Below, one piece after another: positions 27,911 to 39,820 of a stretch of DNA of 64,000 bases. The position numbers were made by a program, and so were the translations under genes. The stretch is from Thermoanaerobaculia bacterium. GTDB taxonomy: Bacteria; Acidobacteriota; Thermoanaerobaculia; Gp7-AA8. The stretch's first letter is position 1; each line of letters begins with the position of its first letter. The stretch is taken from contig DASYLL010000458.1 in the NCBI GenBank assembly GCA_036009605.1, positions 8,829 to 72,828 on the forward strand, given 5' to 3'. The notes below the pieces were generated by a model. It ran no database searches, was not told where the DNA came from, and worked only from the letters and a program-made list of their open reading frames with translations.

Positions 27911-29164
27911 CTACCTTTGCTCCAGATCCATCCGGCTCCAGAGCATCCGCTGGATCGCCGACGGAACTTCGACGTCTTTCCGCTCGCTGCCCTGCGCGAC
28001 AAATTCGATGCGCGAGACGTCGACGCCGCGCGACTGCAACGCGGCGCGCACGGCATCGATGCGTGCTTTCGAGCGGCGGAGGTTTTCCTTCGGATCGTTC
28101 TGGCGATGTTCCTGCGCGACGATGCGGAATCGCTGCGCGGGTGTGGCGTTGAGCAACGCGGCCGCATCGTCGAGCGTCCCGCGGCTCGGCTCTTCGACGA
28201 GCCGCTCCTCGGCGTCGAAGATCATTCCGGACATCGTCCAGTGTTTCGTGCGGCGCAGGTAATCCGCCGGTTTCAGCGGTGATGGGTTCCGTGCCGTTTC
28301 GTCGCAGCGGCCGCCGAGCCACGCCCTGCCGATCCAGCCGATCATCGGCTCTTCGTGAAACGCGTTGCCGCTGATCTGGCGCGCATCCGGCGTGAGTGTG
28401 AGCGCGACGTAGCCCCACATCGGGCCTCGGATCCACATCAGCCTGGCGACGCGGCCTTCGACGCCACCATCGACGTACGTCGGCGCACTTGCGTCCCCGA
28501 TGACGCCGGTGATGCGCGCGCCTTCCTGCCGCAGCATCGCGTGCTCCGAGTTCAGAGTCCAGCATCCATCGAAGGACATCCGCTCGGGCGCGCGCACTTC
28601 ACGGCCGAGCGCGTGTACGGACGTGATCGTCGTGTAGTACTTCTTCGGGTCGAGCGTGTCGATGCGCAGGTAGCGCGCTTCGAACGGTTTCACCTCGTTG
28701 ATCGTCGTGCCTTTGGCCTTGATCTCCATGGTCGTGATCTCGCGCCACGTTCTGCCGTCCGACGATGCGGAAAAACGGACTTTCTCCGGCACCTGCTCTT
28801 TGATCGGCGCGCTGATCCCGAGTTGCTCGACGCGCGATGGAGCGCCGAGGGCGAAGGTGAGCGTCTGCGAGGGACCGCCGGGCGGTGAAGTCCAGACGGA
28901 GAAGCTCATGCCGTCGATCGCGTTGGCTGCGGACGTGTCGAGATTCAACTCGCCGGTGCGGGAGACGACGGCGGCGCCGTAAGCGAGATTGAGAAGATTG
29001 TCGCCGTCGATGTCGACGATCGGTGGCATGACGGCATTCGTGAAACCGTCGTCCTCGAAGGTTGTGGTCTTCTGCGGCGCGGGTTGTGCGGGTGCAGGAA
29101 GCGGCGCGCGATTGCACGCGACCGTGACAGCGAGGACGAGCAGGAGCGTGGCGCGGCGGGTCAC
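27911..29164 (-). CDS. Lipoprotein with a discoidin/F5-8 type C-like N-terminal region and an OmpA-like C-terminal domain
   Basis: Lipobox LVLAVTVAC. The C-terminal RIDAVRAALQSRGVDVSRIEFVAQGSE resembles the OmpA peptidoglycan-binding domain. Domain calls are by eye. Confidence 0.55.
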   Translation of the reverse strand: MTRRATLLLVLAVTVACNRAPLPAPAQPAPQKTTTFEDDGFTNAVMPPIVDIDGDNLLNLAYGAAVVSRTGELNLDTSAANAIDGMSFSVWTSPPGGPSQTLTFALGAPSRVEQLGISAPIKEQVPEKVRFSASSDGRTWREITTMEIKAKGTTINEVKPFEARYLRIDTLDPKKYYTTITSVHALGREVRAPERMSFDGCWTLNSEHAMLRQEGARITGVIGDASAPTYVDGGVEGRVARLMWIRGPMWGYVALTLTPDARQISGNAFHEEPMIGWIGRAWLGGRCDETARNPSPLKPADYLRRTKHWTMSGMIFDAEERLVEEPSRGTLDDAAALLNATPAQRFRIVAQEHRQNDPKENLRRSKARIDAVRAALQSRGVDVSRIEFVAQGSERKDVEVPSAIQRMLWSRMDLEQR

Positions 29165-31240
29165 GGCCGGTAGTCGCGGCGATCGACGACGATCTTCGTG
29201 ACGTCCGCGATCTTCATCACGGCGCCTCCGACTTTGCGCAGCAGCGACATGCGATTCGCGCGCACCTCGGGATTCTCCGCGTTCACGAGCACGTCTTTGA
29301 AGAATGTCTCGAGCTCCGGCGCGAGCGCCGCGAACGATTCGAGCGCGGTACGATATTCGCGCGTGTCGATCATCTCCGCGATCTGATCGGTAACGATCTG
29401 CGCGAGATCCGCGAGGCGGCGCTCGGTATCGTGCTCGAGATGCGCGGGATCGACTCGTGTCGATTCATGACCTGCGGTGATGTTCGCGATGCGTTTCGCG
29501 GAATCGAGAATCGAGAGGAAGTTGGCCTCGTCGCGCATTGCCTTGAGCGCCTGGATGCGATCGACGAGATCGGTGAGCGACGACGTCCATCCCGCTTCCA
29601 TCGCCGCGGCGATCTCGTCATACGCGAACTGCCATTCGGACGCTTCGAGGATCGTGCGTACGCGCTCTGCGAAGAACGCGAGCAGGTCCGGCTTCACGGT
29701 CGAAGTCGCATCGACGCCATACGCGGCGAGTCCGAGATCGATGAGACGCTCGATGCCGATTTTGACTTCGCGCTGATCGCGATTGAGCAGGATCTGCACG
29801 ACGCCCTGCGCAGCGCGACGCAGTCCGAACGGATCCTTCGAACCGGTCGGTTTCGCGCCGACGTGGAAGAAGCCGACGAGCGTGTCGATGCGATCGGACA
29901 GCGAGACAATCGCGCCGGTGAGATTGCGCGGCAGCGCGTCGTTCACGCCGACCGGCTGGTAGTGATCGTAGATCGCCTGCCAGACGGCGTCGGGCTGACC
30001 TTCTTCGCGCGCGTAGATGCCGCCGACGCGGCCCTGAAGATCGGTGAACTCTTTCACCATCTCGGTGACGAGATCCGATTTACACAAACGCGCCGCCGTT
30101 GCGACGTCGGCTGCATCGATGCCGAGCTCGCCGCAAATCGCGGTGGCGATCTGCTGCACGCGCTCGGTCTTCCGGCGGTAGTCGCCGAGCTTTTCCTGGA
30201 ATTGCAGGTGCGAGAGTTGTTCGAGCCGGTCTTCCAGTTTCACGCGACGGTCGGTCTCGTAGAAGAACTGCGCATCGGCGAAACGCGCGTTGGTGACGAA
30301 CGAGTTGCCGTACGCGGCGTGGCCTTCCGGATCGCCTTCGTTGTCGAGCACCGCGAGGAACGAACTGGTCAGGCGACCGTTGCGATCGCGGATCGGGAGC
30401 TGCTTCTGATGCACGCGCATCACGGTCACGAGCACTTCTTCCGGCAGCGCGAGGTACTCGACGCGGAACTCCGCGCGCACGACGCCGGGATACTCGGTCA
30501 GGTACTGCCATTGCGACCAGATCGACGCGTCATCGGAAGGCTGGCCATCGACTTCTTTCGCGAGCGAGAGTGCGGCCGCGGCCATCGCTTCGCGACGGCG
30601 TTTCGCGTCGACGACGACGCGCGCGAGCTCGAGCTTCGAAACGTAATCGTTGTACGACGCGATCTCGAGTTTCTTCGGCGCGAGCGTGCGATGTCCGACG
30701 GTCGTCGTGCCCGATGTGATGTCGAAGATCGTGATCGGCAGATGCTTCTCGTCGAAGAGTGAGATCACCGAGTGAATCGGACGGATGTACGAATACTCGC
30801 CCGCTCCCCAGCGCATCATCTTCGGCCAGCGCAGCGACGTGACGATGTCGGGGATGCGCTCCTGCAGCATCGCGCCGGTTTCGCGTCCGATGACTCTGCG
30901 GCGCACGAGGATGTACGCGTCTTCGCTCGGCAGAATGTCTTCGATCGCCGCGGATTGCTTCTTCAGGAAACCGTGCAGGGCAGGAGTCGGATTGTTTTCC
31001 GCGTCGTACGCGGCTTTCTTCGGCGGACCTTTGACTTCGAGATCGCTGTCCGGCTCACGCTCGGGCAGGTTCTTGATGACGAATGCGATGCGGCGCGGCG
31101 TCGTGTCGACGATGACCGAACCGGCGCCGTCTTCTGCGCCGAGGTCGGTGGCGAGCTTCGTGAGACGCTCGAGCAGCGTTGCCGCCGCGGCGTCGTGCAT
31201 CCACGCCGGGATCTCTTCCGTGAGCAGCTCGAAGAAGTAA

Positions 31241-31248
<8 letters not shown>
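29161..31248 (-). CDS. glyS: Glycine--tRNA ligase beta subunit
   Basis: 695 aa GlyS-like product that overlaps glyQ. Confidence 0.9.
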
Positions 31249-32137
<889 letters not shown>

Positions 32138-32154
32138 AGGCCGCGCATTCTAGA

Positions 32155-32211
32155 CCGGCACGGCCGGCTGCGCTAGTTGCTCCGCCGAGTGGCACGTACG
32201 GCTGCCAGGGT
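32155..32211. repeat. Repeat family E copy 1 (CCGGCACGGCCGGCYGCGCTRGTTGCTCCGCCGAGTGGCACG...CGGCTGCC)
   Basis: About 55 bp element nearly identical to the one at 35753, upstream of the glyQ start. It begins with the GCCGGC-ACG-GCCGGC hairpin. Confidence 0.65.
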
Positions 32212-32233
32212 CTCGTTTTCTGGTGCGCCTTCT

Positions 32234-32752
32234 CTAGACAGGAGGCGGTGGCGGCGGCGGTTCCTCGGCCTGCTCGCTGTTCTCTTCAGCCGGCGGCGGC
32301 GGTGGTTCTTCGGCAGGTGCGGTCGTCGTTGCGGTGGTGTCGGTGACTGGCTCCGCTGGCTCCGCTTTCACAGGTGGTGGTGGCTGCACTGGCGACGGCG
32401 ACTGCGTCACTGGCTGAGGCGCAGGTGCGACAGGGCGCGGAACGGGTGCCGGTTGCGTTGGCATCGCTGCCGAGGTCATTGGCGGAGGATAGGTCGAGGT
32501 CGGCGCGGGGGCGGGCGTTCCCGGTGGCAGGATGTTCGGGTTCAACGCGAGGGCCGTCGTCGTATCCATGTCCGTTCCGGTGATCGGCGGAAGGGTTTCG
32601 CCCGGTCCGCCGATGTTCGCCGTCACTCCCGCGGCCGAGCCTTCCTGCACCGTCTCATATTGTTGTTGCGTCGCGCTGCGGGCGCCATCGCGACCACCAC
32701 ACGCAGCTGTCGTGAACAGGAGAACTGCGGGGAGGATCAGCTTGCTTTTCAT
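32234..32752 (-). CDS. Proline-rich lipoprotein
   Basis: From MKSKLILPAVLLFTTAACGG (lipobox), with a long PAP/PQP-rich tail. Trimmed from the track ORF. Confidence 0.55.
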   Translation of the reverse strand: MKSKLILPAVLLFTTAACGGRDGARSATQQQYETVQEGSAAGVTANIGGPGETLPPITGTDMDTTTALALNPNILPPGTPAPAPTSTYPPPMTSAAMPTQPAPVPRPVAPAPQPVTQSPSPVQPPPPVKAEPAEPVTDTTATTTAPAEEPPPPPAEENSEQAEEPPPPPPPV

Positions 32753-32832
32753 CGACGCACCTGTCGACAACAATCGCAAGCCGCTTGCCACCGACGTGCA
32801 ATCAGCGCCCCCTTCCATACAATTGGCGCCTG

Positions 32833-35349
32833 ATGGAGCTCGTCGGTCAGAGGTTCGGGAACATACGCGTCACTGCAGCCGTCGGCAAAGGCGGGATGGG
32901 CGAGGTGTACGCGGGCTTCGACGAGAAGCTGCAGCGCAAGGTCGCGGTCAAGGTGCTGCACTCCGACTATCGCCTCGATGACGAAGCACGCGAACGCCTG
33001 TTGCGCGAAGCACGCGCGCTGTCGCAGCTCGACCATCCGAACATCTGCCGCATCCACGATTACATCGAGCATGGCGAATCCGATCTGCTCGTGCTCGAGT
33101 TCATCGACGGGACCACGCTCGAAGACGCGCTGGCGAAGAAGATGTCACGCGCCGAGAAGCTGCGCATCGCCATCAGCATCGCGGAAGTGCTCGTTGCCGC
33201 GCACCGCGCGGGCATCGTTCATCGCGATCTCAAGCCGGACAATGTGATGCTCACGCAAACCGGCGAGGTGAAGGTTCTCGATTTCGGCCTCGCGCGCTGG
33301 CTCAATCGCAGCGGCAAAGGACGCTCCTCGGACAAGACCGTCGCGGTCGCGACGCCGCTGGAGATCGCCAACCCGAACCTGCCTCAGGGCGCCACGGCTC
33401 CCTTCCTGGTTCCGCCGCCGCTGGCGAAGACGATCGCGCGCGAGTTCATGACCACCGTCGGCATCACGATGGGCACGCCGATGTACATGAGCCCCGAGCA
33501 GGCGCGCGGCGAAGAGCTCACGCCGGCGAGCGACATGTTCTCGTTCGGACTCCTGCTGCAGGTGCTCTTCAGCGGCGAGGATGGTCACAGCGGAATGCCG
33601 GACTCGCGCGCCATCATGTTGCGCGTCGCCAGCGGCGAGACCAATCCTGTGCGCGGCGTCTCCGGCGACGTGACCGCGCTGATCAATCGACTGAAAGCGC
33701 TCGCACCTGCCGATCGACTCACCGCCGTCGAGACGCTCGAACGTCTGCAGTTTCTGAACGCAAAACCGCAGCGGATCGCGCGCCGCAGTTTGATCGCCGC
33801 GTTGCTGATCATCGCCGTCGTTGCGGGCTGGCGATACATGGTCGACCTGCAGCGCGAACGCGCAGCGGCACTGAAGGCCGAGGCCGCGGCGGTTACCGCT
33901 CGCGCCGAAGCGGAGCGCAGACGCGGTCAGGCCGAAGACCTGATCGATTTCATGATGGGCGACCTTCATCGCAAGCTCGAGCCCATCGGCAGACTCGACG
34001 TCCTCGACTCCGCTGCCGATCGCGCGATGGCGTACATGTCGACGCTGCGTCCCGAGCTCATGACCGCGTCCGAGCTCACGCAGAACGCCACCGCACTCGA
34101 TCACCTCGGCGAAGTGCGCATGGCCCAGGGCAAGCTCCCCGAGGCGCTTGCTGCGTTCGAGCAGGCACTCGTGATCGCGCAAACGGCAACGCAGAAAGAA
34201 CCGCGCAACCTCGACGCGCGCTTCACCCTCGGGCAGACGCAGTTCTGGGTCGGCCAGACCCATCGCAGGATGGGAAACGCGAAAGGCGCACTCGCGAAGA
34301 TGCGCGACTACCTCGCCACGTCGGTCGTGCTCGCGGACATGGCGCCCGCGAATCGCGACTACCAGATCGAAGTCGCGTACGGGTACAGCAACGTCGGCAG
34401 TCTCCTCGAAGCCGACGGCGACATCGCAGGCGCGCTCGAACAGTACGAGCGCTGCGTCGCGGTGAAACGCGCGCGTCTTCGCACCGATCCCACGAATCGC
34501 AACTGGCAGGGCGATCTCGCGCAGACGATCAACAAGATCGCGTCAGCATTGCTCAAGCAGGGACGCCTTCGCGACGCGCATCTTCGGTTCGAAGAAGAGC
34601 GGGCGATCTACGCGGCGCTGGTGCAGGCCGACCCGAAACACACGGCGTGGAAGTTGTCTCTCGTCACCAATCACACCTACCTCGGCCTGCTGCTCCTCGA
34701 CCTCGGCGAGCTCGAGGCAGCGACGGAACATCTCACCGGCGCACAGTCGATCGCCAGCGAGCTCGTGTCGTTCGATCGACAGCAAGTCACGTGGCGACGC
34801 AATCTCGCCGCGGTGCTCGGCAATGTCGCGACCGTGCGAAGGATGCACGGCGACTTCGCGGGATCGCGCGAGCTCGCGTCACGCGCGGAAACGCTGCTCG
34901 CCGAGGCGATTCGCGAGGCGCCGCAATGGACCGACTGGAAACGCGATCTCGCGAACGTCACGTTGCGTCATGCGGAAGCGCTCTACGCCTCCGGCAATCT
35001 CGCCGAAGCGCGGCGTCGCGCAGAATCGGCGCTCGCATCCGTGCCGCCGAACCAGCCGCCGGCATGGAGACAGACCGCCGTCGACGCGGCCCTCGTTCTC
35101 GGTCGGATCGCCGCCGACCAGAATCGCAAGGCCGACGCGCGTGCTTCGTGGAGACGAACCGCCGACTCGTTGCGCGATGTGACGACCGCTGCCGGCGGTC
35201 CGCGTCTGCTCGATCGTCGCGCGCGCGCGCTCCTGCTGCTCGGCGACGAGGCTCAGGCGCGGCCGATTCTCGAGGAGTTGCGGCGGATGCAGTATGTCAA
35301 CCCGGATCTGATGCGCTTGCTGCGACCTGCAGCAACCGCCAGTTCGTAG
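32833..35349 (+). CDS. Ser/Thr protein kinase with C-terminal TPR repeats
   Basis: From MELVGQRFGN..., with kinase subdomains GKGGMGEVY, VAVK, HRDLKPDN and DFG, one TM segment and a roughly 450 aa TPR-like region. Confidence 0.85.
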   Translation: MELVGQRFGNIRVTAAVGKGGMGEVYAGFDEKLQRKVAVKVLHSDYRLDDEARERLLREARALSQLDHPNICRIHDYIEHGESDLLVLEFIDGTTLEDALAKKMSRAEKLRIAISIAEVLVAAHRAGIVHRDLKPDNVMLTQTGEVKVLDFGLARWLNRSGKGRSSDKTVAVATPLEIANPNLPQGATAPFLVPPPLAKTIAREFMTTVGITMGTPMYMSPEQARGEELTPASDMFSFGLLLQVLFSGEDGHSGMPDSRAIMLRVASGETNPVRGVSGDVTALINRLKALAPADRLTAVETLERLQFLNAKPQRIARRSLIAALLIIAVVAGWRYMVDLQRERAAALKAEAAAVTARAEAERRRGQAEDLIDFMMGDLHRKLEPIGRLDVLDSAADRAMAYMSTLRPELMTASELTQNATALDHLGEVRMAQGKLPEALAAFEQALVIAQTATQKEPRNLDARFTLGQTQFWVGQTHRRMGNAKGALAKMRDYLATSVVLADMAPANRDYQIEVAYGYSNVGSLLEADGDIAGALEQYERCVAVKRARLRTDPTNRNWQGDLAQTINKIASALLKQGRLRDAHLRFEEERAIYAALVQADPKHTAWKLSLVTNHTYLGLLLLDLGELEAATEHLTGAQSIASELVSFDRQQVTWRRNLAAVLGNVATVRRMHGDFAGSRELASRAETLLAEAIREAPQWTDWKRDLANVTLRHAEALYASGNLAEARRRAESALASVPPNQPPAWRQTAVDAALVLGRIAADQNRKADARASWRRTADSLRDVTTAAGGPRLLDRRARALLLLGDEAQARPILEELRRMQYVNPDLMRLLRPAATASS

Positions 35350-35375
35350 TGCAGAGAAAGAGAGAGAGAGAGACC

Positions 35376-35750
35376 ATGGCAGACGACACGATTGAAGTGA
35401 ACCTGGTGAGTACGGGGAATCCGTATCCCAACGACTGGAGCGTCGAGTTTCCGAATGACGGCGGCACCATCCAGGTCCAGCCGGGAGATACCGACACGAT
35501 CAACTGGGTGCTGGAGACCGCACCGGATGGCGCCGCCATCAGCGCCATCGTGATCAATGCGGGTCAGCCCGGCAACGTTCCGTGGGACGGCGTCGCTCCC
35601 AGCGCGGAGAACAACTGGACCACGACGGACACCAACAGCCTCAGCGCGGGACAGGCAGAGGTTGCGTGGTCGTACGTGGTCACGGTCACGTACAACGGCT
35701 TTCCGTACGTGAACGACCCGGAGATCGTGAACGATCCTCCAACAACATAG
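35376..35750 (+). CDS. Hypothetical small protein downstream of the Ser/Thr kinase
   Basis: 124 aa (MADDTIEVNLVSTGNPYPNDW...). It is preceded by a (GA)n tract AGAAAGAGAGAGAGAGAGACC, and repeat E2 begins at its stop codon. Not in the ORF track as a separate ORF. Confidence 0.45.
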   Translation: MADDTIEVNLVSTGNPYPNDWSVEFPNDGGTIQVQPGDTDTINWVLETAPDGAAISAIVINAGQPGNVPWDGVAPSAENNWTTTDTNSLSAGQAEVAWSYVVTVTYNGFPYVNDPEIVNDPPTT

Positions 35751-35752
35751 CC

Positions 35753-35809
35753 GGCACGGCCGGCCGCGCTGGTTGCTCCGCCGAGTGGCACGCGGCTGCC
35801 GAGTGGATC
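35753..35809. repeat. Repeat family E copy 2
   Basis: CCGGCACGGCCGGCCGCGCTGGTTGCTCCGCCGAGTGGCACGCGGCTGCC, a near-identical copy of E1. Confidence 0.65.
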
Positions 35810-35854
35810 GTTTCCAGCGGCGGAAACAACCTGGGGCTTCGGGCGGTTGTCGAT

Positions 35855-35875
35855 ACAGTACTAAGATGGTACTGT
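35855..35875. promoter_or_regulatory. Candidate Rrf2/IscR operator (7-7-7 palindrome ACAGTAC-TAAGATG-GTACTGT) 10 bp upstream of the Rrf2 gene
   Basis: A perfect 7 bp inverted repeat in the promoter region of the suf regulator, the position expected for autoregulatory Rrf2 binding. Confidence 0.4.
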
Positions 35876-35885
35876 TTCGCGCCCG

Positions 35886-36355
35886 ATGCTGAAGATCTCA
35901 CGACTTACCGACTACGGCCTTCTCGCAGCCGTCTATCTGGCCCGCCACGCGGGCCAGGTGACGGCTGCCCGGGAAATCGCCGAGTTTTATCACCTGCCGG
36001 TCCCGGCGGTGACGAAAGTCCTGAAGGCTCTGCACCACGGCGGACTCGTGCATTCGCACCGCGGGGTTGGCGGCGGATACACGTTCGATGGCGATCCGGA
36101 CGGCATCACGCTCGGACACCTCATCGAAATGCTCGAAGGCCCATGGGATCTCGTCGAGTGCGAGACCTTCGACGACGACGGTCACGCCACCTGCGCGATC
36201 CGCGTCGCATGCCCGTCGCGGCGGTTCATGTTCGGCATCAACCGCGCAATCAAAGGTGCTTTTGAACAAGTCACGCTGGGCGATCTCGTGCGCGGCGGAA
36301 TGCCTCAACCCGTCATCGACAAAACCCAGCTCGCATCATCCGGAGAAGCAGCTCA

Positions 36356-36359
<4 letters not shown>
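35886..36359 (+). CDS. Rrf2-family transcriptional regulator (IscR/SufR-like)
   Basis: N-terminal w[22 protein letters not shown], with Cys ligands in [14 protein letters not shown]; 157 aa. It heads the suf operon. Confidence 0.8.
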
Positions 36360-37790
<1,431 letters not shown>

Positions 37791-37792
<2 letters not shown>

Positions 37793-37863
37793 GTTGTCGG
37801 TTCTCGGTTGTCCGTGACGTTTCGCCCGGGCCGTGAATCACAGACAACCGACAACTGATAACC
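37791..37863. repeat. Palindromic repeat family A copy 3, filling the sufB-sufC intergenic region
   Basis: GAGTTGTCGGTTCTCGGTTGTCCG ... CAGACAACCGACAACTGATAACC. It starts at the sufB stop codon and ends at the sufC RBS. Confidence 0.75.
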
Positions 37864-37874
37864 AGGAAAGACGC

Positions 37875-38627
37875 ATGTTAGAAATCACAGACCTCCACGC
37901 CGGCATAGACGGCAAGAAGATTCTCAATGGCCTCAACCTGCGTGTAAACGCGGGCGAAGTGCACGCGATCATGGGGCCGAACGGCTCCGGTAAATCGACA
38001 CTGGCGAATGTGCTGGCGGGTCGCCCGCGGTATGAAGTCACCGGCGGCACCGTGCTGTTCGAAGGCAAGGACCTGCTCGCGCTGCCGGCCGAAGAGCGTG
38101 CCCGCGAAGGCGTGTTCCTGGCGATGCAGTACCCGGTCGAAATCCCGGGTGTCAACAACATCTACTTCCTGAAGGCCGCGCTCAACGCGGTCAAGAAGCA
38201 TCGCGGAGAGGAAGAGCTCGACGCGATGGAGTTTCTGCAGCTCGCACGCGAGAAGATGAAGGTCGTCGAGCTCGACGAAGCGTTCATGAATCGCGGCGTG
38301 AATGAAGGCTTCTCCGGCGGCGAAAAGAAACGCAATGAGATCTTCCAGATGGCCGTGCTCGATCCGAAGCTGGCCGTCCTCGACGAGACCGATTCCGGCC
38401 TCGACATCGATGCGCTGCGCGTCGTCGCGAACGGCGTGAACACGCTGCGCAGCGAAGCGCATTCGGTCCTGGTCATCACGCACTACCAGCGCCTGCTCAA
38501 GTACCTCGTGCCCGACTACGTTCACGTGCTGGCCAACGGCCGCATCGTGAAGTCGGGTGGCAAGGAGCTCGCGGAAGAGCTCGAGCAGAAGGGGTACGAC
38601 TGGATCGAAGAAGAGGGGGCTGCGTGA
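37875..38627 (+). CDS. sufC: Fe-S cluster assembly ATPase SufC
   Basis: From MLEITDLHAGIDGKKIL..., with Walker A GPNGSGKST and ABC signature FSGGEKKR. Trimmed from the track ORF, which began inside the repeat. Confidence 0.95.
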   Translation: MLEITDLHAGIDGKKILNGLNLRVNAGEVHAIMGPNGSGKSTLANVLAGRPRYEVTGGTVLFEGKDLLALPAEERAREGVFLAMQYPVEIPGVNNIYFLKAALNAVKKHRGEEELDAMEFLQLAREKMKVVELDEAFMNRGVNEGFSGGEKKRNEIFQMAVLDPKLAVLDETDSGLDIDALRVVANGVNTLRSEAHSVLVITHYQRLLKYLVPDYVHVLANGRIVKSGGKELAEELEQKGYDWIEEEGAA

Positions 38628-39820
38628 GCTCGCAGCTCGTTGAAACCAGCTTGCAGGAGCGGGCCGCGGAAGTTTTCGCGAAGCTCGGCTGGCCGACCAC
38701 CCGTCTCGAGGAATGGCGCTACACGAACCTGGCGCCCGTGCAGAAAATCCACTGGCGGAAGGACGCTGTCGCATCGGACATCGTCGCGCAGTTCCACGGA
38801 CTGAGAGCCCGCGGCTCCAGCCTCGAGCTGATCTTCGTGAATGGCCACCTCGTCGAACAGACGGGCCAGACGTTCCACACGCCGCACGACGTGAGCATCG
38901 CCGACTGGGAACGCAACGCGATGGTCGCGCTCAACACTGCGAATGCGCAGGAAGGCGCACGCATCGAGATCCCGGCCGGAACGATCGTCGACGGATTCAT
39001 CCATCTCCTCTTCATCGGCAGCGGCGACGAAATCTGGTCGCATCCGCGCAACGTCATCGTCGCCGGCGCGAACAGCCAGGTCTCGATCGTCGAAACGTAT
39101 GTCGGCGCCGGTCGCTACTTCACGAACGTCGTGACCGAAATCGTCGCGCATGAAAGCGCCGTCGTCGATCACACCAAGGTCGAGTGCGAGTCGCTGACCG
39201 CGTATCACGTCGGCAACATCTACATCCAGCAGGACCGCGCCGCGAACGTCACCTCGCGCACTCTCGCGCTGGGAGCCGCGCTCGCCCGCAACGAAACGCA
39301 CGTCATCCTCGGCGGTGAAGGCGCGTCGATCGTGCTCGACGGACTGTTCATCGGCACCGGCACGCAGCACCTCGACAACCGCACCGTCATCGATCACGTG
39401 CATCCGCACTGCGAGAGCGTCGAGCTCTACAAAGGTGTGCTCGATCAGAGCGCGCGCGGCGTGTTCGACGGACTGATCATCGTCCGCCCCGGCGCCGTGA
39501 AGACCGTGTCGCGCCAGACCAATCGCAACCTGCTTCTGTCCGAGACGGCCATCGTCGACTCGAAGCCGAATCTCGAGATCCACAACAACGACGTGAAGTG
39601 CAACCACGGCTCGACCATCGGCCAGATCGACGAAGAGGCGCTGTTCTACCTCCTCTCGCGCGGCCTCGACAAAGACGAAGCGCGCGAGCTGCTGGTCTAC
39701 GCGTTCGCGAGCGAGATCATCGATCGCATCACGATCGAGCCCGTGCGCGAGCAGATCCGCCGGGAGCTGTTCCAGGTCATGCCGGACCGCCTCCCGGAAC
39801 GGCGAGGAGGTTTGCGGTGA
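38624..39820 (+). CDS. sufD: Fe-S cluster assembly protein SufD
   Basis: 398 aa SufD-like product that overlaps sufC by 4 bp. Confidence 0.9.
   Translation: MSSQLVETSLQERAAEVFAKLGWPTTRLEEWRYTNLAPVQKIHWRKDAVASDIVAQFHGLRARGSSLELIFVNGHLVEQTGQTFHTPHDVSIADWERNAMVALNTANAQEGARIEIPAGTIVDGFIHLLFIGSGDEIWSHPRNVIVAGANSQVSIVETYVGAGRYFTNVVTEIVAHESAVVDHTKVECESLTAYHVGNIYIQQDRAANVTSRTLALGAALARNETHVILGGEGASIVLDGLFIGTGTQHLDNRTVIDHVHPHCESVELYKGVLDQSARGVFDGLIIVRPGAVKTVSRQTNRNLLLSETAIVDSKPNLEIHNNDVKCNHGSTIGQIDEEALFYLLSRGLDKDEARELLVYAFASEIIDRITIEPVREQIRRELFQVMPDRLPERRGGLR

Noticed and set aside
24894-28262. 1122 aa ORF on the plus strand
   Set aside because: It runs antisense to the strongly supported ppdK gene across its whole length. 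The product is Arg/Ala/Asp-rich low complexity typical of GC-rich antisense frames. It is not a real gene.
32138-32233. T-box leader upstream of glyQS
   Set aside because: The intergenic region is under 100 nt, whereas T-box leaders are about 250 nt with a specifier loop and a T-box sequence. No AATTAGGGTGGTACCGCG-like T-box motif is seen. The region is instead occupied by repeat E1.
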